Counted from the stretch's first letter, positions 9,963 through 20,011 are shown. The stretch: 64,000 bases of DNA from an uncultured Candidatus Babeliaceae bacterium (GCA_963704655.1 OY969927.1:832001-896000), one strand, 5' to 3'. Notes: generated from the letters alone by a model not told the origin. Numbers and translations are program-made.

Positions 9963-10145
9963 TTATTCTTTTGATTCGACTTCTTTTTCATACAACAGAC
10001 GAATGCCTTCGCAAATAATTGTAGATCGGTCCGTTTTATTGCGATCACGTAGGCGCTTAATGAAGATCTCATCTAAGAGGTGTTCATCGGTTAACGACAT
10101 ATAAACGGTAGTTTTTGCCTTTTTTGGAACTTCCGATTCTTGCAT
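9963..10145 (-). CDS. Putative ribbon-helix-helix DNA-binding protein
   Basis: KTTVYMS strand followed by two helices (RSTIICEGIRLL); AAGGA RBS. Confidence 0.65.
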   Translation of the reverse strand: MQESEVPKKAKTTVYMSLTDEHLLDEIFIKRLRDRNKTDRSTIICEGIRLLYEKEVESKE

Positions 10146-10328
10146 ATTTTTCCTTAAATAATGAATTTTCTCTTATCTATAATGGCTCAATTAGAGAAAG
10201 ACGTCAAGTAATTAAACAAGTTAAATGCAAAAACTACTTTACATTATGTCATTTTTTGATAATTTTATAATAAGAAATAAATAATATAGCTTAATTAACA
10301 AAATCCAAAGATTATTGGGGAGGATATT

Positions 10329-12812
10329 TTGTCTACTATTGAAATTGGGATTGATTTAGGAACCACAAATTCCTCTATCGCGGTCATTCAACAAAATGCG
10401 GTACAGGGCATTAAAAATGCTTCAGGGGAAGAAAGTACCCCTTCTGTCATCTACGCTGATAAAAATGGAAACATTGTTGTCGGGTCGAGAGCGAAGAGAA
10501 TTATGAATAATTCCAAAGAAAACCTGCAAAATAGCAAGGCCGAAATCAAGCGTTTGATGGGTACAGCAGAGACTATTTTTTTCCCCAACTTGAATAAAAA
10601 AATGCTTCCCGAAGAAATTTCGGCAGAAATTCTGAAAGTACTTATAAATGATGCTAAGAGGAAGTACCCAGGGCTGCTTTTAGATGCGGCTGTGATTACG
10701 GTCCCTGCTTATTTTTCTACTGTGCAATCTGAGGCGACGAAAAGAGCTGGAGTTTTAGCGGGTTTGAGGCAAGTAGTTCTTCTTCAGGAACCAATTGCCG
10801 CAGCAATCGCATATGGTTTTCTTAATCAGAAGAACGAAAATTGGCTTGTATATGACCTAGGTGGCGGTACTTTTGATGTTGCTCTCGTAGCATTGCGTGA
10901 TGGATTTCTTACAGTTCTTGCCCATGCGGGAGATAATTTTCTCGGTGGTAAAGACTTCGACGCTGCGATCATACAAAATTTAATTCTTCCATCTCTTTCT
11001 ACCAAAGGTATCGTTTTAGATCCGTCAACTCACTCAGAAATCTTTAGTTACTTGAAAGAACTTGCTGAATTAGCAAAAATTGAACTTACCACGTGCGAAA
11101 GGACAACTATCGATATCGATGTCCAAGTAAATCAAGCCCAGGTCGAGCATTCTATTGAAATAACAAGGACAGATCTGCTGGAAAGCTGCAAACATTTGCT
11201 TGAAAAAACGGTCGACCTTTGCAAGAAGACAATCAGTGACGCCAATGTGGATCCAGCAACAGTTCAAAGAATTGTTCTTGTCGGTGGGCCGACACAAATG
11301 CCAATCTTACAAACTTTTTTGAAAAATTCCTTGCGAATCAATGTAGATGGAGGTTTAGATCCTCTACTAGTGGTTGCAAAAGGTGCTGCTATGTTCGGCA
11401 ATCAAACAGTAATCACTACCCCTGAAGGACAAGGGGATATCGACATATCAAACGTTTCCTGCCAGCTCGAAGTAAATTACAATCCAGTAACATCCGATGA
11501 TGAACAAATTGTCACAGGCAAGGTTTTGCGCATCACTGGTGCATCTCAGCCATATTCAGTTCAGTTTGCAAGCTCTGATGACTCCTTTGCGTCTGAAGAG
11601 ATTCTTATTAAAAATGGCAAATTTATACTGACGCTTCCTACAGGCAAAAAAGGTACATCATATTGGATTTATGTTAAAGACAATGATGGTCAGCTGATTA
11701 CTTCAGCTCCTGAAAGCATTCAAATTAATAGAGGCATTTCTATCATGGGAGCCCCCCTTCCTTATTCAATTGGCGTATCCGTGATTTCTCTTTCTTCCCA
11801 CAAAGGTTATGCTGATCCGACCGAGACAATAGAATTCTTTTTTTCTAAAAATAGCATTTTGCCCCTTAAAGAAAAAAAACGCTTTTATACTCTTGCCGAT
11901 TTAAGAGCAGGATCCTCCGAAAATGCTCTCCCTATTTGCATTTATGAAGGCGAATCTCTTATCACAAATCGAAATACTTTAGTCTGCCATTTGGCAATCA
12001 CAGGAAAAGCAATTTCTAAAGATTTGAAAAGAGGCACCCCGGTCGACATCACAATTGAAGTTAATGAATCAAGAGAGTTGAGTGTGATGGCCTATCTTCC
12101 GGATTCTGATATTACCCTTAATGCAAGAGAAACTTTGTATTTTGATGCTGCTAAAATTGACGAGGTAAAGAAGGATTTTACAGAGCAGGTAACACGCTCA
12201 GAATCCATAGCTGCATCTGCAGGGCCAATAAATGAAACCAATGGCATCAAGAATATGATTAAAGATATTCAATCTACTATCGATGACTCAGGATCAGACT
12301 CAGATCAGCAAAGAAAGGCAGAAAAACAAGTAAAAGACTTGATGATGGCCCTTGATCGAATTGAGGCGAAAACAAAATTTAATAGCAATGTTGCTACTTT
12401 CTGGCAAGAATGCCAGGAGCTCACTGATTATCTGGAAGATTGTAATCCGCCTGATAAACGCACCGAATACGAAGCCACATATAATACTCTTCGTAAAGAA
12501 GGATTAATGGCTATATCTAAAGAAGATGCGATATTATTAGAGCATATTGTTCAAAAATTGAGTCGACTTAATTTCAGATGTGTGTATAACGATGTTCGTT
12601 ATCTGACCTCATGGATTAAAGATTTAATAAAACAGGTGCAGGAAAAGGCCCATCTCCATCCTACTCTTCCAGACTTAATCAACAGAGCCAAAGATGCCCT
12701 AGCTAAATTAAATGTAAAAGAGATGCAGGAGCTTATTCATGCGCTTGATCCATTTACGGAGGAAGAAGGAAAGCATCAGGTTCGATTTGTGAAGTCGGGA
12801 ATTACGTTATGA
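10329..12812 (+). CDS. Atypical Hsp70-family protein (827 aa, not housekeeping DnaK)
   Basis: GIDLGTT, TVPAYF, EPIAAA, YDLGGGTFD, LGGKDFD and LVGG motifs; TTG start with GGAGG RBS; ~110-aa insert before the substrate-binding domain. Confidence 0.95.
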   Translation: MSTIEIGIDLGTTNSSIAVIQQNAVQGIKNASGEESTPSVIYADKNGNIVVGSRAKRIMNNSKENLQNSKAEIKRLMGTAETIFFPNLNKKMLPEEISAEILKVLINDAKRKYPGLLLDAAVITVPAYFSTVQSEATKRAGVLAGLRQVVLLQEPIAAAIAYGFLNQKNENWLVYDLGGGTFDVALVALRDGFLTVLAHAGDNFLGGKDFDAAIIQNLILPSLSTKGIVLDPSTHSEIFSYLKELAELAKIELTTCERTTIDIDVQVNQAQVEHSIEITRTDLLESCKHLLEKTVDLCKKTISDANVDPATVQRIVLVGGPTQMPILQTFLKNSLRINVDGGLDPLLVVAKGAAMFGNQTVITTPEGQGDIDISNVSCQLEVNYNPVTSDDEQIVTGKVLRITGASQPYSVQFASSDDSFASEEILIKNGKFILTLPTGKKGTSYWIYVKDNDGQLITSAPESIQINRGISIMGAPLPYSIGVSVISLSSHKGYADPTETIEFFFSKNSILPLKEKKRFYTLADLRAGSSENALPICIYEGESLITNRNTLVCHLAITGKAISKDLKRGTPVDITIEVNESRELSVMAYLPDSDITLNARETLYFDAAKIDEVKKDFTEQVTRSESIAASAGPINETNGIKNMIKDIQSTIDDSGSDSDQQRKAEKQVKDLMMALDRIEAKTKFNSNVATFWQECQELTDYLEDCNPPDKRTEYEATYNTLRKEGLMAISKEDAILLEHIVQKLSRLNFRCVYNDVRYLTSWIKDLIKQVQEKAHLHPTLPDLINRAKDALAKLNVKEMQELIHALDPFTEEEGKHQVRFVKSGITL

Positions 12813-14626
12813 ACATCCAGCTACCGCAGGTTTTGATTAGAAATTCATTCAATATACTAGGCCTTTCTTCTTCTGCTACTTTAAAGGAAATTAGAAAAAG
12901 AACTCAGCAACTTTTACAACTTGCAAAAATTGAAGAGATGCAAAAGTTTGATGCTGATATCGGGCATGTCTGTGAATTTCGAAATGAGAACGAAGTTCGG
13001 CTTGCAATGGAAAGAACATCGAGCGTCAAGGAACGCCTACGGGAAACCTTTTTTTGGTTCGATGACCATAATATAGAAAATCAGAAAGCCATTGCCCTTA
13101 TTTCGCAAGAGAATTATCGTGAAGCTATAGCTATCCTCGAAAAAACGAATGCTGCAAGCATGGATTGGTTAGAGCATAAGAACTTAGCCCTGGCTTTGAT
13201 TTTCCAAGCCTTTGCTTCCTCGGATCTTAGTAGTTTTAGTCACTCATTAGAGTTATGGAAACGAATCGTAGAGTCTGAAGTTTTTTGGAAGTTCTATGAA
13301 AAAAATTATATGCTTCATGATGAGTTTGGAACGTCTACATTCTTATTTCAGGAATTTAGAAGCTCAATTTACGAATCTTTATCCGCAATGACAGTTTCTT
13401 TCTATCATCAAACTAAAAATCCTGAAGCCATAGGCATTTATTTTTCTGAATTCGGTCAAATAGAAAAATCTATAGACTGTGAGGTTATTCAGCCAATCGT
13501 GACTAAGATTAAAAAAGAAATAGAAGACTTAGAAAAAATAGCTTCAGAATCGAGCAGCGATGCGAGCTTGATAAAGCAGGCTCTAGAAAAAATTCATAAA
13601 TACTTTGTGAAACTGGATCAATTTAAACTCTTCGAATATTCGCCATTAACTATCCTAAAAAATGACTCTGCTGAAAAATTACGATCTATTTCTATTGATA
13701 TCTATAATCAGAGTGAGAATGCTGAGTTAGCCTCATTGTTCCTTGATCAAAGTGCAGAGCTTGCTATTTCTGATGTAATTGTAAGAAAGATTGAGTCTGA
13801 CAAAAAAGTGATAAAAAACAATGAATTATGGGAGGCAATTTCTACCAGGTTCAATCGAATAAAAGAATTAATCGCAGAGAAAAAAATCGAAGAAGCTAAA
13901 AGTGTTTATTACGATTTGGACAATGAACTGGCTAGGCAAAATAACGGGTCATCTAAAGATACTAGAATCGTTCTGCTTATTCGCCTTTGCTATCAATTGA
14001 TGGGGAAGGGACATGAACTTTTCAATAAAAAAAAGTTTGGTATCAAGATTCTTGCGATTGGCGCTTTTTTAAATCGGCAAAATCATAAAGATGCGATACA
14101 TATTTTTGAGTATGTAATTGAAATATTGATGAATAAAATCTCTATATTAAGTTTTATAGATATTTACAATGACAGATCTTATCTCTTAAAAGAAATAGAA
14201 AATATATCAAACTCTCTAGAAAATTGTGAACTTTCTGATTTAATAAATGAACATGAACCGTACTTAAAATCACTAGAAATGTTTGCCGATGGGCAAGAGA
14301 ATGAGGATACGCAAGCTGTAATACATGTGCTAGGTTTTGCCATATACTTTAGCATTTTGTATCGCAGGATTCGTGGTATTATGCAAAGAAAAATGTGGCA
14401 ATGGGTAGCTTGTGGAACGGTAATTGCCTTCTATTTCTTAGTAATTATGAATAATGACAAGTGCGAATCAAAAATTGAGAAAGCTTTAACCTACGAAGAA
14501 AAAAGTATTATTGAATATTTGCAGGAAAATAGCCCGGAAGTACTTAAGAATATTAGAAGGGAGGGTTATTCTGATAAACAGATAGCCCAATATGCTTTAG
14601 ACCAAATAGCGAATGAGAAAAAATGA
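12809..14626 (+). CDS. Degenerate J-domain-like, helical-repeat protein with C-terminal TM segment(s)
   Basis: NSFNILGLSSSATLKEIRKR resembles J-domain helices I-II but has no HPD; hydrophobic WQWVACGTVIAFYFLVIM; ATGA overlap with the Hsp70 gene. Confidence 0.75.
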   Translation: MNIQLPQVLIRNSFNILGLSSSATLKEIRKRTQQLLQLAKIEEMQKFDADIGHVCEFRNENEVRLAMERTSSVKERLRETFFWFDDHNIENQKAIALISQENYREAIAILEKTNAASMDWLEHKNLALALIFQAFASSDLSSFSHSLELWKRIVESEVFWKFYEKNYMLHDEFGTSTFLFQEFRSSIYESLSAMTVSFYHQTKNPEAIGIYFSEFGQIEKSIDCEVIQPIVTKIKKEIEDLEKIASESSSDASLIKQALEKIHKYFVKLDQFKLFEYSPLTILKNDSAEKLRSISIDIYNQSENAELASLFLDQSAELAISDVIVRKIESDKKVIKNNELWEAISTRFNRIKELIAEKKIEEAKSVYYDLDNELARQNNGSSKDTRIVLLIRLCYQLMGKGHELFNKKKFGIKILAIGAFLNRQNHKDAIHIFEYVIEILMNKISILSFIDIYNDRSYLLKEIENISNSLENCELSDLINEHEPYLKSLEMFADGQENEDTQAVIHVLGFAIYFSILYRRIRGIMQRKMWQWVACGTVIAFYFLVIMNNDKCESKIEKALTYEEKSIIEYLQENSPEVLKNIRREGYSDKQIAQYALDQIANEKK

Positions 14627-15696
14627 TAAAATTTGCCAAACCATCATTTCCGCCTGGATGGATTTTGCCTGACGGAGCGAAGATTTTAAAAAGAATCGAT
14701 AAGCAAGAATTTGCTGAAGTGTTTGAGCTGAATACCGGAGAGTATCTTTATTTATTTCATGAAGAAAAAATTGCAAAAAAACTCAAAAGCCGCGGAATTT
14801 CACATGAAATCTATTTTATTAGCGGTGCAAAAGCTATTGGGAAAAAATATTCTGACCATAAAGATGGTGATCTTCCAGAAAGGTTGAAAAATATTATCCA
14901 AAGAAGAGGGCTAGATGCTATTGCAGGTATGACTGCACTTAAGAACACTTTAGTTAGAGATGTTATTCAGCCGTTTCTAAACTGGGAGGCATATGAAAAA
15001 TATGGCGTTACCCCATCTAATGGTATTCTTTTATTCGGCCCTCCTGGTTGCGGTAAAACATTTATAGCAAAAAAACTTGCAGAGGCAATGAAAGCTGAGC
15101 TTATTGAATTGAGCGAGGGAACCGTTGGTAGCCCTTATATTCATGCAACCTCCACAAACATTGTGCAGGCGTTTCAAAAAGCTGCGATGGTAGCTCCATC
15201 TGTACTCTTTGTAGATGAAATTTCAGGATTAATGCCAAGAAGAGATGGACTATCTTCACAAGAGCAATACAGAGAAGCAGAAATCAGCGAATTTTTGATG
15301 CAGATGGAAAGCAGTGTAAAGAATAAAGTCCTAGTAGTTGCAGCAACTAATTTCCCAGAGAAAATCGATCCGGCAATTTTACGTTCTGGGCGAATGGATA
15401 AAAGAATCTTTATCTCACCCCCTGATGCAGAAGCAAGATGCGAATTATTGCACCTGTTTTTAGAAGAAAGACCCATTGATAAAGAAATCGACTTTGAAGA
15501 ACTTGCCAGGATCACAGAAGGGCTAATTTCTTCTGACCTAAAATTAATAGCTAACAATGCTGCCCTGAAGGCGCTACATAAGAATGCATTAATTTCTATG
15601 GAGTTATTAGCAGAAGAAGCTTCACAGTTTAAGCCATCCTTAACTCAAACTGAACTAAATCGATATCGTGAATTCGAAGGCTACAATAGAGGTTAA
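14623..15696 (+). CDS. AAA+ ATPase (classic clade, single module)
   Basis: GPPGCGKT, LFVDE, AATNFPEKIDPAILRSGRMDK second region of homology; ATGA overlap. Confidence 0.95.
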   Translation: MIKFAKPSFPPGWILPDGAKILKRIDKQEFAEVFELNTGEYLYLFHEEKIAKKLKSRGISHEIYFISGAKAIGKKYSDHKDGDLPERLKNIIQRRGLDAIAGMTALKNTLVRDVIQPFLNWEAYEKYGVTPSNGILLFGPPGCGKTFIAKKLAEAMKAELIELSEGTVGSPYIHATSTNIVQAFQKAAMVAPSVLFVDEISGLMPRRDGLSSQEQYREAEISEFLMQMESSVKNKVLVVAATNFPEKIDPAILRSGRMDKRIFISPPDAEARCELLHLFLEERPIDKEIDFEELARITEGLISSDLKLIANNAALKALHKNALISMELLAEEASQFKPSLTQTELNRYREFEGYNRG

Positions 15697-16156
15697 AATC
15701 TTTTTTATTAATAATAACGACGGAGTGCTTCTGCGCATGTTGAAATTTAATGATAACTTTAATTCAGAGGCATTTTAATTCAGACAAAAGTGATAAAGCA
15801 TCTAAAAATCGTTTAAATATACAGCCCAATATTAAGTTAAAATAAATATCTTTTTCGTTATTAAGGCAAAGAACTTAATTATGATAATTTTGTAAATGCT
15901 TTAATACGTTGGTATTTCGTTATTGATATATTGCATAAATCCATCTATACGCGGAGATCTCTTCCTTTTTGGGATTTTGCTTGCATTTCTTTTTAACGAC
16001 AAGATAAGGTAAAAAAATAAATAGAACTTATACACGAGAAGAATAATGGATTATGAAACTCTTCAATCGCTTGCTACCTTTACGTTTTTTTTATCAGTTT
16101 ATAATTGGTTTAAAATATGTAAGTGCAAATGTGAGCGAAAATAAAGAGGTATCAAA

Positions 16157-16378
16157 ATGATGGGCGCTGTTTTAGAAATTCTATCAATGATAGTATTTTT
16201 TTCTGTATTCCCATTAACTTTTTATTTAATTTTCTATGTGGTTACTAAGATTGGAAAAAATAAGATAGTAACAGATGAAAAGACCAACCAACACAATCAA
16301 TTGGTTAACCTGCTTCAAACGATTATCTGGCTCCTAATTGTTTGCATAGTGCTTTTAATTACTCGATGGCACTATTAG
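16157..16378 (+). CDS. Small two-TM membrane protein
   Basis: GAGG RBS; two hydrophobic segments. Confidence 0.65.
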   Translation: MMGAVLEILSMIVFFSVFPLTFYLIFYVVTKIGKNKIVTDEKTNQHNQLVNLLQTIIWLLIVCIVLLITRWHY

Positions 16379-16414
16379 ATTTTTCTTTACTCAATCTCGC
16401 TGTATGGCACTTCA

Positions 16415-16816
16415 TCACATATATTTTGGGATTTCTACAACAACAACTTTGGTTTCCCCTTTATTTTCTGATTTATCCCTTAAGTTCATCAACCACTTAC
16501 GATATTTGGGGTCATACAAAGGCATTGTATGCAGAACTATCTGCTTATCTAACACCCCTTCTTGAGCAAGGCGTTCACGTCTTGAGCCTATTAATGTTAA
16601 GGCTATATCGTAAGCTTTGGCAAAGTATTCTGAGTTAGCTGGCAAATCATGAAAGATTTTTGGTGACATCATAATGCTAATTGGGAATTCATCTAAGGTA
16701 AGCGCATCTGGGTTCTTCGCCCATTCGGCAAACTCATCTGCCAATTTTTGATACTCTTCTTCACTTGTAGGTGCTGTACGAAATTTGAGCAATTTATTTT
16801 TTTTAGAAGCTGCCAT
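16415..16816 (-). CDS. Putative terminase small subunit-like protein
   Basis: 133 aa; helical/HTH-like N-terminal half, 'YFAKAYDIA' helix, terminal beta strand KVVVVEIP; coupled to the HGG gene. Family call is by resemblance only. Confidence 0.5.
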   Translation of the reverse strand: MAASKKNKLLKFRTAPTSEEEYQKLADEFAEWAKNPDALTLDEFPISIMMSPKIFHDLPANSEYFAKAYDIALTLIGSRRERLAQEGVLDKQIVLHTMPLYDPKYRKWLMNLRDKSENKGETKVVVVEIPKYM

Positions 16817-17069
16817 ATGATATCTCCTGGCTATAGATTAAATCTTTTAGTGTTCTGTGGCTTTTTCGTATCTCGCTAATTAAGCTACGGTTATGTGTCC
16901 GTTCCGCCTTTGCAACTTTGGTTTTATGGCCATGCTTTTTGGGTATCGCTCCCCCATGGTAATAGCATCTGCCATTTTTCATAGCTGCTTGACGGCACGA
17001 TAAACCGAAATTACTTCTTGCTTTAGCACCGCATCTTGGAAGCGATTTAAAATTCATCTTGAAGCGCAT
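16803..17069 (-). CDS. HGGxSTG-domain protein
   Basis: PRCGAKAR...CRQAAMKNGRCYYHGG motif. Confidence 0.85.
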   Translation of the reverse strand: MRFKMNFKSLPRCGAKARSNFGLSCRQAAMKNGRCYYHGGAIPKKHGHKTKVAKAERTHNRSLISEIRKSHRTLKDLIYSQEISYGSF

Positions 17070-17152
17070 AAAATATCTTTCGTAACTGTTTTATATGAAA
17101 ACGACGAGAATTTTTTCTCGTCGTTATAAAGCTATTTTAGAATGTATAAAAA

Positions 17153-17500
17153 TTATTCTCCCAACAAACCGTGATCTTTGAGCTCTTTAATAGCATCAGG
17201 AGAGTCTTGCAAAAGCGTTTGAATTAATTGCGGTTTTCTCATTTGCATCATTGTCGCCATCATAGGATTTTTAAGATACTGGCTATAATCATATAATGCC
17301 AATTCAACTGCATTGCTAACGCCTAAAGCTTCCTTTTGTTGCCCAGCCAAGTTTTTAACAATGTCTGTTTTTTCAATAAAATGGTCAAAGCCAGCTTGTT
17401 GTAATCGAGCTGTTAAGACCTTAGCTTCTGGTAAAGTTATCAAAACTGCTTGAAGCGAAGCTCCAGTAACTAGTAAACTTAAAAACAAAAGTTTTTTCAT
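17153..17500 (-). CDS. Small secreted hypothetical protein (moron-like insert)
   Basis: Likely start MKKLLFLSLL at 17500 with AAGGA RBS; hairpin downstream at ~17099-17126. Confidence 0.75.
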   Translation of the reverse strand: MKKLLFLSLLVTGASLQAVLITLPEAKVLTARLQQAGFDHFIEKTDIVKNLAGQQKEALGVSNAVELALYDYSQYLKNPMMATMMQMRKPQLIQTLLQDSPDAIKELKDHGLLGE

Positions 17501-17591
17501 AATATTCCTTTGTAGATTGGTTTGTTTTAATTTAAGACTTTCTAAAGAAATTATAGAATGAATACCAAAAAATATCAAAGAAGCGCATGGG

Positions 17592-18044
17592 CTATTCTCC
17601 ATTTTTAGATTTGCCCCCTACTTGAACCATCGCATTAAGCACAGCGTTGCCCTCAGAATGCACGTTGTAGTTAACGTTAATAGTTTGACTCTTGCCACGG
17701 TACTGTTGAAGTGTATTAAGAGCCTGGTGGCTAAGTCTTATCATCATCATTCCCTGCCCTATAATGTTGTAATTATCTTCTTCAATAATGGACATGGCCT
17801 TTAAGTGAAGCGCGACATATTGTGCAGCAAGTATAGACTCAACAGTATCTTTGGGATTAATACCTCGTATTAAGGCAATAACCGCATCAACATCCTTTGC
17901 TGAAGGATCATAAATAGACGGGCCATAGATCATGAGCATTGCACGATTTACAAGCAGCCTTGCCGCATCTTGATTATCGCAGTTTATAGCTTCAACAAGA
18001 AGTGAAATTTGACTTGGCAACGATATTTTTTTTGTTTTCGCCAT
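17592..18044 (-). CDS. Conserved mobile-element protein of the type usually found upstream of HGGxSTG genes
   Basis: PKDTVESILAAQ..ALH and QTINVNYNVHSEGNAV motifs. Confidence 0.7.
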   Translation of the reverse strand: MAKTKKISLPSQISLLVEAINCDNQDAARLLVNRAMLMIYGPSIYDPSAKDVDAVIALIRGINPKDTVESILAAQYVALHLKAMSIIEEDNYNIIGQGMMMIRLSHQALNTLQQYRGKSQTINVNYNVHSEGNAVLNAMVQVGGKSKNGE

Positions 18045-18055
18045 GGATATTCCTC

Positions 18056-18287
18056 GGTTGAAAGGTTGAACGACTTCATTATCATGTTCAAATTATAATT
18101 CTAGCTCTAGGTCGATGGATTGCTGTCGATAAAAGGCTTGGTTGAAGGGTTGATAAATCTTATTACTCATTTTAAGTATCGATCTTGATCAACCCTTCAG
18201 TTTTAATTATTCATTATTAAATAAATATAGCCTATAGGATGTTTTTTAGGTTGAAACTACATTTCAACTTTTTTCAACAACTTCAAC
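18056..18287. repeat. Iteron-like direct and inverted repeats (putative origin)
   Basis: GGTTGA(A) at 18056, 18064, 18140, 18148, 18249; inverted TTCAAC at 18263, 18273, 18282; 12-bp inverted repeat 18143-18154/18188-18199. Confidence 0.6.
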
Positions 18288-19949
18288 TATTACAGGTTTA
18301 TAGATCCAATCCTTTCGGTGCTCTTTTTTTTCAAAAGTTACTCTACCACTGTCGATTAAAGTTTGAAAAATATACTCATATTCTTTAGAACCACCCTTCA
18401 ACTTTTTTGAGGTAATAATTTGCGCCCACGTAACAGGTCTTTTTGAAGCAGCAGCCCATTTGCAAAGAGCTTCATGCATTATACGGCACTTCCGTTCATG
18501 CTCAGACTCTCCCAATTCTCCCTCAAAAAGCTGAATTGTGGACTGTATAGCGCGATGCAAGATCGCAAAAGCAGCCCAGAGGGCTTCCTCGCTTATATCT
18601 TTTGTAGTCGGATCTATAAAAAGCTGTATGATCATTGCTAACTTTAAAAGATACGGACTCCATCTTTTTAAGTATGGGTCTAAGATTTCTCGACTTCGGT
18701 CGCTATAAGCTTTTGGCATATCATTGATTTTTTTATGCATCGCTTCAAATACTGCTTTTGCAGAGCCTGCAAGAGGATTGAAGACGTAATTGTCACTTAT
18801 CGCATCTAAAACATCCATTATTTCTGCTTCAATTTCATGATCCGTTTTTTCTGTGTGGGCAGGCAAAGCAGGTGGAACTTCTTCTTGATGAGGTGGCGTA
18901 AAAATCAAAAAGCGGGCGAAAAATCCACTAGGGATATCCGTTATTTTAAGGTTATCTTGAATCCAAGGTAAAGTAGAAACGCCACATATGGAAAAGCAAG
19001 GGCGTTCTAATATACAATCGCCCTGTGTTTTGGTTTTATATCTATAAGATGGTGGAACATCATAAAGTTCGGTGAATATAGCTTTTAAATCATTATTATG
19101 GTTTTTATCAAAATTTTGTAACCATGCTCCAAATTCACTGGCAAGAATAACTCCTTGATGCCCTTGGCTTAGATGTTCGAGTAGGGCCTCTGCTGTCATT
19201 TTATTAGGCAAAATGACGTCTTGTCTTGAAATCGCAAGTATATCTTCCTCGATCATTTTTTTTTCTTTTGGATCTATTGTTATGCGGAGTGATGCATGTA
19301 ACTTTTTGATCTGATCAGTTATGATTTTATTTTTTACCCAAGCAAGGTTGGCCCCTTTATTAAGTGCCGTGCTCTTAAATTGTCCGCTTTTTGTGATGGA
19401 TAGTATCCATAAGTTAGGAAAAAGAGTTTGAAAATATGGGTATGAAACACGCTTTCCTAAAATAGCAGAGATTGTAGCCATCACAGACATTGTTATCATT
19501 ATTGGGTGCGCATTTGTTGTTTCGCAAATAGAGAGTATATAAGTACTGAGTGGAGGCGGTAGAAGCGATGGAGTAAAACCTTCGCAAGGATCGTCTTTTT
19601 TTTGACCAACCACAGACAATTTCTCGAGCTCTAAAGGTAGAAGATCATTCAAGCCGGCTTTGTCACAGAGTGAGTTAAATTCGGCTTGTTCATTTTCATT
19701 TAGCGGATGCGAATCATAAGTATACTCAGCGCCATCGCCCCAGTACATACATGTTAAGGATTCTTGATTATTTCTTAACGTAACTGATGCCATATACATA
19801 GCTGGTTTATTATAAGGTTGGGCTATATATTCGTAAGTATTACCATCTGGTGTGATCGGTCCATCTATGGCCAGATCATGTTCAGCCATATGTTGTCGAC
19901 ATTCTTCAAATAAATTACGTTTTTTTATGATATAATTAAGATTATTCAT
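18264..19949 (-). CDS. DUF3987/YfjI-like replication protein (helicase-like)
   Basis: NLWILSITKSGQFKST (Walker A-like), TAEAL, SEFG, SICGVST, SGFFARF motifs. Confidence 0.8.
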   Translation of the reverse strand: MNNLNYIIKKRNLFEECRQHMAEHDLAIDGPITPDGNTYEYIAQPYNKPAMYMASVTLRNNQESLTCMYWGDGAEYTYDSHPLNENEQAEFNSLCDKAGLNDLLPLELEKLSVVGQKKDDPCEGFTPSLLPPPLSTYILSICETTNAHPIMITMSVMATISAILGKRVSYPYFQTLFPNLWILSITKSGQFKSTALNKGANLAWVKNKIITDQIKKLHASLRITIDPKEKKMIEEDILAISRQDVILPNKMTAEALLEHLSQGHQGVILASEFGAWLQNFDKNHNNDLKAIFTELYDVPPSYRYKTKTQGDCILERPCFSICGVSTLPWIQDNLKITDIPSGFFARFLIFTPPHQEEVPPALPAHTEKTDHEIEAEIMDVLDAISDNYVFNPLAGSAKAVFEAMHKKINDMPKAYSDRSREILDPYLKRWSPYLLKLAMIIQLFIDPTTKDISEEALWAAFAILHRAIQSTIQLFEGELGESEHERKCRIMHEALCKWAAASKRPVTWAQIITSKKLKGGSKEYEYIFQTLIDSGRVTFEKKEHRKDWIYKPVIVEVVEKS

Positions 19950-20011
19950 TAAAATCTCTTTTCGATTGAGGCCATCTTGGCATATGGTGGCCTTATTTTG
20001 TTATGGATATG

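Noticed and set aside
10329-12812. Housekeeping dnaK
   Set aside because: Too long, has an insert and a divergent substrate-binding domain, lacks grpE/dnaJ/hrcA context, and lies in a mobile element.
15697-16156. Pseudogene or ncRNA in the 460-bp gap
   Set aside because: No convincing frame remnants or stable structure visible by eye.
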